Shown here: piece after piece, positions 52,033 through 61,584 of the stretch
How positions within the stretch are numbered: position 1 is the stretch's first letter
How the letters are laid out: the number at the start of each line of letters is the position of its first letter
NCBI GenBank assembly: GCA_965217895.1
Contig: CBDCJV010000002.1
Span: 1,024,001 to 1,088,000, forward strand
DNA: 64,000 nucleotides
From: Waterburya sp.
GTDB taxonomy: Bacteria > Cyanobacteriota > Cyanobacteriia > Cyanobacteriales > Xenococcaceae
Direction of reading: 5' to 3'
Program-made: the position numbers and the translations under genes
The notes under the pieces: generated by a model
What the model was told of the DNA's origin: nothing
Databases searched by the model: none
What the model saw: the letters and a program-made list of their open reading frames with translations, nothing else

Positions 52033-53320
52033 ATGTCACGCATCCAGGATCTTTCAATTTGCACTGCACTACCCCTTAATTGCAATGCTTGAATAGCGAT
52101 CGGATGGCTAGAGCAAGGATCGACTTTGTTCCATATGAAGGGTTTCTTTATACATCTCCAACCGCAATCACTTATTAAGTGGTCAAGCAAAATTAATTAC
52201 ACTGGTAAATAAAAAGTCAAAACGAGAGTGAAAAGAGTGCATTTAGAGGGAAAACTGAGTTCAGAAACAGTCAAAATATTATGGCGATTGTATCGTCAAC
52301 ACCGCGATTAGAGATGCTTTCTGACCGAAAGCCTCTCTCGCGGCCAAAGTAAAAACTATCAAGTAAGAGCTAGAGCGCACTGTATATTGCTGATCGACTC
52401 AAGATACGAGCTGGAAGAACTAATTGAAATCTTTGGAGTTAGCCGAAAAACAATATACAACTGGAAAAATAACTGGTCAAAGTACAAATTAGTAGGTTTG
52501 TATAATCGGCTTGGAAGAGGAAGAAAAGAAATTTTTAGTACGCCACAAAAACAGCAGATTAAAAAGTGGGTTACACAAAATCCGAAAAACCTTAAGCAGG
52601 TAATTGAAAAAATCAGAGAAGAATGGGGAATAGTTGCTAGCAAAGACACAGTTAAAAGAATTCTAAAATGTCTGGCAATGAAATGGAAGAGAGTGAGAAA
52701 AGTAACCAATGGGCAACCAGACAAAAAGATGTACGAAGTCAAAAAGCAAATTCTCAAAGCTTTACAAAGGTTATCACAGCAGGGAAGTATAGATTTAAGC
52801 TATTTGGACGAAACAGGATTCTGTCTCACTCCTTATGTTCCCTACGCTTGGCAAGAAACAAAACAGCAAGTGGGAATAGATAGCAAACAAAGTAAACGAC
52901 TAAATATTCTAGGTCTTTTAAATAGAGAAAACGAGTTATATTCTTACATTAGTGAAGTAGTAATTAAATTTTTGGATTTATATGTTCAACAAATCAACAA
53001 ATCCACGGTAGTAGTTTTAGACAATGCCCCCATTCATCGCTCACTAGCATTTCGGAAAAAGATAGCACAATGGCGTAAGCAGAAAATGGAAATCTTTTGG
53101 TTGCCAACCTATTCTCCTCAACTGAACTTAATAGAAATTTTGTGGCGATTTATGAAATATGAATGGATCGAAGCTCAAGCTTACACAAGCTGGAAGCATT
53201 TAACTCATCACGTCGAACATATTTTGCGAGATTTCGGCGATCGCTATGTAATTAATTTTGCATAGGTACTTATATATGCCGCACATTGGTACAAGCCTCC
53301 AGAAATCTTTATCCGCATCA
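52033..53320 (+). pseudogene. Decayed cassette-3 gene interrupted by IS630
   Basis: ATG 12 bp after the GTTAGGC start: MSRIQDLSICTALPLNCNA*IAIGWLEQG, then FVPYEGFLYTSPTAITY, the IS, then AAHWYKPPEIFI; no attC remains. Confidence 0.55.
52176..53272 (+). mobile_element. IS630-family insertion sequence, copy 2 (both ends intact)
   Basis: TIRs taagtggtcaagcaaaattaattac and gtaattaattttgcataggtactta with TA at both ends. Transposase runs GTG 52228 to 53265 with an in-frame TAG at 52309. Confidence 0.93.
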
Positions 53321-53343
53321 GCCCAAGAGCAAATTTCTGCATT

Positions 53344-53386
53344 GCTATCCACATTAAGCGAGACAATAGAGCTTAATGTGGATAGC
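53344..53386. repeat. Perfect 16-bp inverted repeat overlapping a HIP1 site
   Basis: gctatccacattaagc-11 nt-gcttaatgtggatagc. Confidence 0.8.
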
Positions 53387-53438
53387 GATCGCTTTGCTGC
53401 CAATCCCTGATTACAAAGTTTCGGTATTTCTGCTTCAT
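53385..53438 (-). pseudogene. N-terminal fragment of a probable GNAT acetyltransferase
   Basis: MKQKYRNFVIRDWQQSDR, ending at HIP1; resembles the cyanobacterial GNAT start (F.IRDWQ.SDR). Confidence 0.45.
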
Positions 53439-53478
53439 TATTACGATCTTTTTATTCAATCCTTCTAGTTAAAAATTT

Positions 53479-53579
53479 TCAAGGATCGAGAGGACTTCTC
53501 ACGCCTTTACCCCCGCGATTTAAATCATGGTTGTTTTCACATCTTTATGCCCTAATAACTCTTGTACTTGTTCTATAAG
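53479..53579 (-). pseudogene. intI: Collapsed integron integrase remnant (intI-B)
   Basis: LIEQVQELLGHKDVKTTMI, frameshift, LNRGGKGVRSPLDP*. This is the IntI C-terminus without the YTHV segment that holds the catalytic Tyr. Confidence 0.85.
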
Positions 53580-53602
53580 TTCTGTATGATAAATAGTTAT
53601 GC
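53577..53602 (+). other. attI-like site of integron B
   Basis: aagttctgtatgataaata-GTTATGC resembles attI-A; gttatgcagc is the exact reverse complement of gctgcataac at attC3. Confidence 0.72.
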
Positions 53603-53701
53603 AGCTTAGATTGTTGGTTAGGACAGCGATCTGAAGTTGTCATTGGGGTAATTAATCTTTAAAGTGGTGTAGAGTTTAAGCAACTATTTAGAGGAGGCTC
53701 A

Positions 53702-54163
53702 ATGATTCGAGTGATTCTAGCCCTGCTCCTGAACTCTGCTCTTCTTACAGGCAACGAATTTGCTGTAGCTGCGTTTATACATCCGTCCTTATCTCGTCAA
53801 GATCATCGTTCAAATCTTTCTGCGATACAGCGTTTTGCACATCTTTATGGCGGAGTAATGCCGATATGGATGGCGGTAACTACAGCACTACACATTTTTG
53901 TATGCGTGATGGCATGGTTCTACTCTCCATCCGCGTTTCCTTGGCTATGTGCTGCTGCCCTAATTTGGGTTATTGTGATTCCCTTCAGCCTCATCTTTCT
54001 AGTTCCTTTGAATAATCAAGTTAAGGAATGGGATCTCAACAATTTACCTTCAAATTGGGAGAGTATTAGGATCAGATGGGACTTCTATAACTGGCTCAGA
54101 GTCATACTTTTAATGTCTGCATTTGTTTTATTATCAGTGGGATTGAAAAACTATTCTTCTTAA
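53702..54163 (+). CDS. DUF1772/anthrone oxygenase-like membrane protein (cassette of integron B)
   Basis: 4 TM, VPLNNQVKEW....P.NW...R.RW..YNWLR; gaggagg RBS. Confidence 0.8.
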   Translation: MIRVILALLLNSALLTGNEFAVAAFIHPSLSRQDHRSNLSAIQRFAHLYGGVMPIWMAVTTALHIFVCVMAWFYSPSAFPWLCAAALIWVIVIPFSLIFLVPLNNQVKEWDLNNLPSNWESIRIRWDFYNWLRVILLMSAFVLLSVGLKNYSS

Positions 54164-54239
54164 GCTACTAAATCTAAAGCTCTAAAATCGAGTTTTAGTA
54201 AGCGTGGGAGGTAGTCTGTTTTGTAAGTACGAGGTCGCT

Positions 54240-54327
54240 GCATAACAACGCCCATGCACACCAACCGTCGAGAGGTGATCGGTATGATGCAAAGATAGTC
54301 TGCCGCAGGTGAAGCGGAACGTTAAAA
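54240..54327 (+). other. attC site 3
   Basis: GCATAAC aac...gaac GTTAAAA with imperfect internal arms; same layout as attC2. Confidence 0.75.
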
Positions 54328-54393
54328 TAAATTTTCCCAATTATTTTTTAGTATCCCAAACTGATTTATCTTAAAGCGATCGCATTTTTCAAC

Positions 54394-54864
54394 TTATTTA
54401 GATTCGGAATTAATATATTTCAATATATCGGGATTATTTTTATCTATACTATAGACATATCCCAGGTCGATCGCTATTCTTCTTCTCAGACCAAGAGTAG
54501 GATAAAGTGGAGCTCCTAATCCCTTAATAGCGTGTAAATCAGCCGATTTAACCAACTGTAAAGCGACGTCTTTCGATAAATTGTTGCCGAAGGTATTCAA
54601 AACATCAGTGGCACAATCATTTTTATACACTTTTTTTAGTTCAGCATTGCGTTTTTCATACGCCAATAAAATTACGTCCAAACAAGCAGCATAATCATAG
54701 CTATTATTAAAATCAAAGACAAATTTTTTAGCTTGGCTATTCTGGGGTTGAGACTGGGCAAGATTGGGCTTAGTTTTGATTTCAGCGTCAGATGAAATTG
54801 ATAGAGCTAAGGGAATAGCGAAAGCGATTCCTATTATTAATGATACTTGTAAGAGCTTTTTCAT
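54394..54864 (-). CDS. Hypothetical secreted protein
   Basis: Signal peptide, two Cys; no function recognised. Confidence 0.6.
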   Translation of the reverse strand: MKKLLQVSLIIGIAFAIPLALSISSDAEIKTKPNLAQSQPQNSQAKKFVFDFNNSYDYAACLDVILLAYEKRNAELKKVYKNDCATDVLNTFGNNLSKDVALQLVKSADLHAIKGLGAPLYPTLGLRRRIAIDLGYVYSIDKNNPDILKYINSESK

Positions 54865-55037
54865 TTTTTGCAGTTAAATAATTATAAATTTAGATTGATT
54901 TTGTTACTGGTTTTTTCCTAATCTCTTAATGTGAAAGAAAGCTGACAACAATTCTATCCGAACTCAGATCATAATTGAAAAAAATAAATGTGTGCGATCG
55001 CTATCAACTATGAAGATAGTGAGGCGCAAATCAAAAG

Positions 55038-58000
55038 TTACTGAGCAATCAAACTGCCTAAAGTTTGTAGCATTTCCTGCTCGTTAAAAGGTTTAGAGAA
55101 ATAGGCTGATGCACCTAGTTTCATTGCCAGCTTGCGGTGCTTATCATTACTACGAGAAGTCAACATGGCAATGGGTATATGTGCCAAACTTGGTTCGGAC
55201 TTAACTTCTGACAATACGCCATACCCATCTAGACGAGGCATTTCTACATCACAGATTACAGCCTGAACTTTTAACCCACCAACTAGTTTGTCCACTGCAT
55301 CTCGACCATCCTTTGCCTCTTCGACTCGATAACCATTACGCTCTAAGATTCCTGCTAGATAACGCCTAACGTTTACAGAATCGTCTACAACTAGCACCGT
55401 TGAAGTATTAGAGACAGAGAAAGCAGAGCTGGCAATATTATCTTTGGTAGTTAAGGTAGAGAAAGTAGTTGACTGTTTAGCGAAGCCTTTAATCAAGCTA
55501 CTTGGTTCAATTAAAGGAATAACTCGCCCATCTCCCAAGACAGTAGAACCAGTAAAGCCTGGAAAAAGAGTAATGGAAGTTTTAACTGGTCGAATAACAA
55601 CCTCTTGTTCATTCCAGTATTTTTCGAGATAAATACCTTTTAATTCATCGTTGTCTTCAAATATTAATATAGTAGGAGCTTGAATTTTAGCCGTACCTTC
55701 CATCTCTAAAGGTTTGCTGGGACGTTCAAATCGAAGATGTTTCTCTAAACGGATTAGATCGATAGATCCTAGTAAATTTATTTGTTCTTGTTGCCCATTT
55801 GAGGTGACTAATTTAGAATCAAAACTAATAATCTCTTTAATACTCTGAACAGGAATAGCAAAAACCATTCCTGCGCTTTCAACTATGACTACCCGCAGTA
55901 CCAATAAAGATAGAGGAACAGCAATAGTAAAAGTTGTGCCTTTGCCTGATTCAGTTTTGACCTGAATATCACCGCGAATTTGCTGCAAGTTTTGGCGAAC
56001 AACGTCCATACCAACTCCACGACCAGATAGTTCGGTAACTTGATCGGCAGTACTAAATCCAGGTTCAAAGATCGCATCCAGTACATCTGTTTCAGAAATA
56101 TTATTAACTTCCCCTGAGAACATTCCCATTTTGAGCAGGCGATCGCGAATTTTGCTAGTATTAATTCCCCCACCATCATCAGTAATAGTAATAATAGTTT
56201 GGTTGCCCTTTTGAACCGCTTTTAAGACAATTTTGCCCTCGGCGGGTTTACCTGCTGCCAAACGAGTTGCAGCATCTTCTAGACCATGATCGAAGGCGTT
56301 TCGCAAAAGATGAGTTAAAGGATCGCTGAGTAATTCTAGTGCTTGGCGATCGATGTAGGTTGTCTCTCCCTCAATTTTGAGATTGACTTGTTTGTTGTGT
56401 TTATCAGACAAATCGCGGATTAATCTGGGGAAACGCCCTACTAGTTCTGAGAAAGGACGCATCTGCGATCGCGTGACATTCTGTTGTAAGTCTCGGGTAG
56501 TATAGCTAAGGTCACGAATTACTTGACCCATTTCTCGAATACCCAAGTCCATATCTGCGGTTACTTCCTGTAGCTGCACAATGGTTTCCATTTGTTCTTG
56601 AGATAACAGGTGCAGATCGGTATAACGATCCATTTCTAAAGCATCAAACTTTTCTTCTGTCGCCAAGCCTGAACTAGGCTGCCAAGCCACCTTAGCAGCT
56701 ACAGGCTCGGCTTGTGCTGTAGGAATCATCCCCTCTAAAGAAGCCCAATCATATAGCTTTCGTAGTTGATTGCTAGACTGTTCTAAACGGCGCATTCTTT
56801 CTCTGGTCAGACTGACAAAGTTTTGTAGTTGATTGAGACGTAGAATTGCTGCATTACGCTCTAGAATTAATTTACTTGACAAGTTATTGAGACTTGCCAG
56901 TTGCTCTGCGGGAACTCTTACCATTCTGCCCTTGTCAGGTTTTGACTGCTTTAGGGAAATGGCAGAAGGTGGAGGAGAAACTGCTTTTTGTTGCTCGGAG
57001 CTATCTGTATCAATTTGTAAATCAGGCTGAGGAACATCTAATGCTGCAAAAGCTGCATCTAAGTCTGACAAATCTGCTACATCAGGAGCAAGCTCGTCTA
57101 AGTTGGGTGCTGAAGATTCTAAAACAGCATCATTCTGGATAAAATCTTCAACTTGAGGTTCAGAAGCAAAATTATCTGACAATTCAAAGGCTGCATCTAA
57201 GTCTGATAACTCTGCTGCATCAGGAGCAAATTCATCTAAATCAAACTCTGAGTCAAAGCTAGCAGTTGACTCCAATGCTAATTCTTGAGCCGCGAACTGT
57301 TGAATTGTATCTAGCTCTGCTGAATCAACGATACTGCTAATCTCTAGAGCAGCAACAGCTTGATTTGGATCGCTACCTAATCCTAATTGTGTTGGCAGCT
57401 TATCTATTCTACCGACTAAAACCAAAGCGTGCGATCGCTCCCACAGTTTAAACGCTTCACGAGCCAAGTCTTTAACACCGTTTAAAGACACGATTGCCAA
57501 CTGTTGCTGAACAGATTGGCATAGCTGTACAAAAGGTTCAATTTGGCTCATTTGACCAAATTCAGCTAATTGTTCCGCCTGTACAGCCAATTCTGCTTTA
57601 AGCTGAGTAGGTTCTAAAGCCTCTATTTGCGCTTCAAAACTCTCTAAGCAATCTTCTACTCCACTTTGAAAAATAAGAGCAGAAACATCAACCTGTTCCT
57701 CTTCGGCTAAAAGGTTATCTTCGTCTTCTGAGCTTAAGTCCCCTAGTTTATTATGTAGAGCATCAAAAACTGGATTGGCATTGGCAGCTAACCAATCTTC
57801 TCCAATAGAGTCTTGCTGTTGATGCAAATTGCCAATTTCCCGCAGACAATCAACCCCCCGCAGCAATAAAGTTGTTGTCTCTTTATCTACTAAGGTATCG
57901 TCTCTACGAACTCGAAGAATCTTTAAGAAATCTTCTAGACGGTGAGCAACTTTACTCAAGGTCGAAAACCTCATCATTGCTGCACCTCCCTTGAGAGAGT

Positions 58001-58184
58001 GTGCTGCTCGCATCGCTGTATCAAGCAAGCTAGGTTCAGCCCCTTGAGCATCTAAATTGATTAGCAGCGACTCAAGATTATCGAAATATTCCTCTGCTTC
58101 CTCTAGAAAATCGAATCTTACCTGTTGTTCCGTATCCATTGTGATCTCGAATTTATATATTTTTATGGGCAGCAATTGAGGCAA
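55038..58184 (-). CDS. CheA-like hybrid histidine kinase (Hpt-dimer-HATPase-CheW-receiver); true start probably MDTEQQ at 58139
   Basis: RAAHSLKG, HLLRNAFDHG, DDGGGI, GRGVGMDVV, C-terminal receiver CDVEMPRLDG. Confidence 0.93.
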   Translation of the reverse strand: MPQLLPIKIYKFEITMDTEQQVRFDFLEEAEEYFDNLESLLINLDAQGAEPSLLDTAMRAAHSLKGGAAMMRFSTLSKVAHRLEDFLKILRVRRDDTLVDKETTTLLLRGVDCLREIGNLHQQQDSIGEDWLAANANPVFDALHNKLGDLSSEDEDNLLAEEEQVDVSALIFQSGVEDCLESFEAQIEALEPTQLKAELAVQAEQLAEFGQMSQIEPFVQLCQSVQQQLAIVSLNGVKDLAREAFKLWERSHALVLVGRIDKLPTQLGLGSDPNQAVAALEISSIVDSAELDTIQQFAAQELALESTASFDSEFDLDEFAPDAAELSDLDAAFELSDNFASEPQVEDFIQNDAVLESSAPNLDELAPDVADLSDLDAAFAALDVPQPDLQIDTDSSEQQKAVSPPPSAISLKQSKPDKGRMVRVPAEQLASLNNLSSKLILERNAAILRLNQLQNFVSLTRERMRRLEQSSNQLRKLYDWASLEGMIPTAQAEPVAAKVAWQPSSGLATEEKFDALEMDRYTDLHLLSQEQMETIVQLQEVTADMDLGIREMGQVIRDLSYTTRDLQQNVTRSQMRPFSELVGRFPRLIRDLSDKHNKQVNLKIEGETTYIDRQALELLSDPLTHLLRNAFDHGLEDAATRLAAGKPAEGKIVLKAVQKGNQTIITITDDGGGINTSKIRDRLLKMGMFSGEVNNISETDVLDAIFEPGFSTADQVTELSGRGVGMDVVRQNLQQIRGDIQVKTESGKGTTFTIAVPLSLLVLRVVIVESAGMVFAIPVQSIKEIISFDSKLVTSNGQQEQINLLGSIDLIRLEKHLRFERPSKPLEMEGTAKIQAPTILIFEDNDELKGIYLEKYWNEQEVVIRPVKTSITLFPGFTGSTVLGDGRVIPLIEPSSLIKGFAKQSTTFSTLTTKDNIASSAFSVSNTSTVLVVDDSVNVRRYLAGILERNGYRVEEAKDGRDAVDKLVGGLKVQAVICDVEMPRLDGYGVLSEVKSEPSLAHIPIAMLTSRSNDKHRKLAMKLGASAYFSKPFNEQEMLQTLGSLIAQ

Positions 58185-58205
58185 TCAAGTCAATGTTCAA
58201 ATACT

Positions 58206-60518
58206 TTAGGCAATCGTTTTGGACATCAAGACAGAGCTTTCAATTTCTTCAATTTCGCCTTCTTTGACTTTAAACTGACCCACAGAATCCTGTAGCTGTT
58301 TAAGGATTGTGGTAGTTGCCAGCATCGCTTGAGCTACCTGACCAGAAGATTCAGAACGCTCTTTAGAAGTTTGGCTATTGAGCATCATGACTTCGGTTAC
58401 GGCTTGAGATGTCTGTGCCTGAGAGATGGTAGCTTGAGAAATTGATTTCATTAGCTGGTCAATCTCTTGAGATTTAGTTAAGACATTACCCAAACTAACC
58501 TTAGTAGCCTCCACCAAACGGGTACTGTCAACCACCTGACTAGTTCCTGTTTCCATGGCTGCTACCACTTCTTGAGTCTCCTGTTGAATGCCTGTAATTA
58601 GCTGGGCAATTTCTTTAGTTGCTGTGGCTGACTGTTCTGCCAATGCACCCACCTGTTCGGCAACCGCCGTAAAGCCTTGACCCAATTCTCCGGCGCGGGC
58701 TGCCTCCACACTAGCGTTAATTGCTAGCAAGTTAGTTTTAAGAGCAATCTCATCAATTAAGGCGACTACCTGAGAAATCTGCTGTGCCGATTCCCCTAAA
58801 CGCTTAATTTTTTTCGCCGTATCACCAATAGTAGAGCGCAAACCTTGAATACTATCTACCGTTTGTTCCATGACGGTATTCCCTTCTTTAGCACTGGTAA
58901 AGGCATCGTTGGAGATACTGGCAGTTTTCTCAGCGTTGGCGGCTACTTCCCGAATTGAGTTTGACATTTGCTCTACCGATAATAGAGTAGCCTGAATTTG
59001 TTCAGCTTCTAGCACCGACTGTTCGGCAATTTGTCTTACAGAACCCTCGTTTTGCTGCAAAGAAAAGTTTACCTGTCCTGCGGAGTCTTTTACCTGGAGG
59101 GCAATATCTCGTAGGTTTTCCACAATGGCGTTAAATAAATCGGCAATAATCCCTACGTCCCCTTCTACTAGCTGAGCGCGCACAGTTAGATCGCCCTCTG
59201 CTGCTGGCTCTAGTGCTTCCATTAACCCAACTACAGCGTTTTCTAAATCTTCTCTCTGTTTTTTTTGTTCGGCTGCACTTACTTCTAAGGATTTGTTTAA
59301 TTCATTGAGAGATTCTTGGTCAGATTTCTGCTGAATAAGTGCTTTTCTTTGAGCATAGAAAATATAGGCAGCCAAAGTCAAGATAGCTGCGCCTATCCCG
59401 ACCCCTATCCAGGGATACTTTTTAAAGAAGCCAGCAATTGTTACCTGACCAATTTCATCGTAGGGTGGAAGCCCTAGTTCAATAAATAATTCGTGAATAG
59501 GTCGATAGTTGAGAGGCACAGTCCAGCCTGCCGATTTAGAAGCTTGAGCAGCCTGACTGTCTTTGGGCATATTTAAAAGAGCTTTAGCTACTGATTCATT
59601 TAGCTCCGCGTCATTACCTTTAGCTGCGGCAAAAGGCCATTCAGGATATAAACGGGTACTGTGTACAAAAGGAAATCCTTCGTCTGTCTGCGGATTAATA
59701 ATTTTGAAGTCTTCTTGTTTAAATTCTCCCCGCTTAACGGCATTTTCTAAAGCGTCTGTCCGAATTGTACCCGCGTCTACTTCTCCACTAGCAACTGCTC
59801 TAATAACGTCATCGTGAGTTCCCTTTTCGCTAAATTTTAATTCTTTAAAGAACTTATTAGGTTGTTTAATTCCCGCATCAAACAAAACCCCTTCAGCCAT
59901 TTGCCAACCCCCAAACGCATCGGGAGCTACGGCCATAAAAGTTTTCTTTTTGAGATCCTGAAGATCGTTAATGTCATTGCGGTTAGCTTTAGTCAGAATT
60001 ACCCCACCAAACTCGGTATAAGGCTTTCCTAATCTCAAGGTTTTAAGGGTGGCAATACGGTTAGCTCCATAGCTTGCTTCAAAATCGACATACAGCCCAG
60101 AGTTAATCAGATAAAAATCAACTTCCTTCGCCTCTGCTAACGCAGTCATATCTTCAATACTTCCTGGCACCATCTCAAAAGTATATCCAGGAATAGTTTT
60201 GGAGAGATAGTCTATAGTAGGTTTCCATTGAGCAATGGCTTCTTCATTTCCTTGGATGGCTAGTACTCCTACTTTGACAACTTTATTTTCTTTTTGAGCG
60301 GTTGCGGGAGGGGTTTCTTGAGCCAATACTCTGCCAGATAATGCTGGCTGCAAGTTATCTGAGATAGGAGAAAAACTAATCGTGGGCAAAATCAAGCTGC
60401 TAAGACCCAACAATAAAATACTTGATTTCCAACTATTTTTTATTACCTTATTATTTTTAGCTTGCGTACTTGAATTAAGTTGCTGAAGTGGATTTTTTTT
60501 CATGAGTTTAAGCTTCAA
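58206..60518 (-). CDS. Methyl-accepting chemotaxis protein with PhnD/TtrS-like periplasmic binding sensor domain
   Basis: KVGVLA...[66 protein letters not shown]. Confidence 0.88.
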   Translation of the reverse strand: MKLKLMKKNPLQQLNSSTQAKNNKVIKNSWKSSILLLGLSSLILPTISFSPISDNLQPALSGRVLAQETPPATAQKENKVVKVGVLAIQGNEEAIAQWKPTIDYLSKTIPGYTFEMVPGSIEDMTALAEAKEVDFYLINSGLYVDFEASYGANRIATLKTLRLGKPYTEFGGVILTKANRNDINDLQDLKKKTFMAVAPDAFGGWQMAEGVLFDAGIKQPNKFFKELKFSEKGTHDDVIRAVASGEVDAGTIRTDALENAVKRGEFKQEDFKIINPQTDEGFPFVHSTRLYPEWPFAAAKGNDAELNESVAKALLNMPKDSQAAQASKSAGWTVPLNYRPIHELFIELGLPPYDEIGQVTIAGFFKKYPWIGVGIGAAILTLAAYIFYAQRKALIQQKSDQESLNELNKSLEVSAAEQKKQREDLENAVVGLMEALEPAAEGDLTVRAQLVEGDVGIIADLFNAIVENLRDIALQVKDSAGQVNFSLQQNEGSVRQIAEQSVLEAEQIQATLLSVEQMSNSIREVAANAEKTASISNDAFTSAKEGNTVMEQTVDSIQGLRSTIGDTAKKIKRLGESAQQISQVVALIDEIALKTNLLAINASVEAARAGELGQGFTAVAEQVGALAEQSATATKEIAQLITGIQQETQEVVAAMETGTSQVVDSTRLVEATKVSLGNVLTKSQEIDQLMKSISQATISQAQTSQAVTEVMMLNSQTSKERSESSGQVAQAMLATTTILKQLQDSVGQFKVKEGEIEEIESSVLMSKTIA

Positions 60519-60547
60519 TAGTAATTAACTTAATTTCGCTACCAAAT

Positions 60548-61126
60548 TTACTTTTGGGTCGAAATCTTGGTCGTGATTAATGTAGAAATATCAATTAGAA
60601 AAGAGCGTTCTGAAGCAGTCGATAGACGCTCAGATTCTTTGCTTGCTTGCATCACATAACTTTTGACAAAAGGAGATAATGGATCTGGCATTGCCGAAAT
60701 ATCTGCACTAAATTGCTCAGGCATAATGCGAGAAATACCCTGAATGCTTTTAACAGTTAATCCAAATAAACTTGCCCGATCTGAAGCAATATTGTTCTGC
60801 TCAGAGTTTATCTGTACAACTATTGTCTGGTACTGTCTTAAATTCACTGTCTCAGGCGGAAATCCTGTTAAATGAGCGAGATCGACAGCTAAGAAAACTT
60901 GGTTTCTTGAACTCATCAATCCCACTACGTATTCTGGTAAATTGGGAACTGCCGTGATCCGATCGCCATCAACGGTTAAAGATTCTTGAACATACTTTAG
61001 GTCGATCAACCCTGAGATTCTATCGGTTAGTTGAAATCTCAGGTAATAATCCCCTCTGCGCTGCTGTTCGCTAAATAACTGGGGTAATAAATTCTTAAGC
61101 CTGTCTGTGGTAGTTAAACTGCTCAC
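60548..61126 (-). CDS. CheW-like adaptor
   Basis: ITAVPNLPEYVVGLMSSRNQV..AVDL; operon context. Confidence 0.85.
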   Translation of the reverse strand: MSSLTTTDRLKNLLPQLFSEQQRRGDYYLRFQLTDRISGLIDLKYVQESLTVDGDRITAVPNLPEYVVGLMSSRNQVFLAVDLAHLTGFPPETVNLRQYQTIVVQINSEQNNIASDRASLFGLTVKSIQGISRIMPEQFSADISAMPDPLSPFVKSYVMQASKESERLSTASERSFLIDISTLITTKISTQK

Positions 61127-61131
61127 TCTAA

Positions 61132-61509
61132 TTAACCTGCTACTGAGTTTTTGACGGCACTAATCATTTCCTCTTTAGTAAAGGGTTTAACCAAATAAGC
61201 AACAACCCCTTGTTTCTTTGCCCACTTCTTATCAATATCTCGATCTTTGGTGGTACAGGCAATTACTGGTATTTCAGCAGTTGCAGGGTCTTTCTTTAGC
61301 TTGCGACAAAATTCTAAACCACTCATTTCTGGCATTACCAAATCAGTAATTACTAGATCGGGTGTTTGAGCGCTAGCTTTGGCTAGTGCATCGTTGCCAT
61401 TTTCTGCCGTTACGACTAAAAATCCTTCCTGTTCTAAATAACCTGAAATTAAATTTAATTGAGCTTTTAGATCGTCTACTACTAATACAGTTTTCATAAT
61501 ATTTGACAC
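61132..61509 (-). CDS. CheY-like response regulator
   Basis: VLVVDD, TDLVMPEMSGLEFCR, YLVKPF. Confidence 0.92.
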   Translation of the reverse strand: MSNIMKTVLVVDDLKAQLNLISGYLEQEGFLVVTAENGNDALAKASAQTPDLVITDLVMPEMSGLEFCRKLKKDPATAEIPVIACTTKDRDIDKKWAKKQGVVAYLVKPFTKEEMISAVKNSVAG

Positions 61510-61584
61510 CCTTTATACGGTTAGAATTAGGTTAATGTTTGCAAAAATAAAAATGAATTTGGCTTTGAGAAAATTTTAATTAGA

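Noticed and set aside
51897..52190. 97-aa minus-strand ORF
   Set aside because: It spans attC2, cassette 3 and the IS end, and has no recognisable motif.
53200..53403. 67-aa minus-strand ORF
   Set aside because: It crosses the palindrome and the IS right end, so it is a composite of unrelated pieces.
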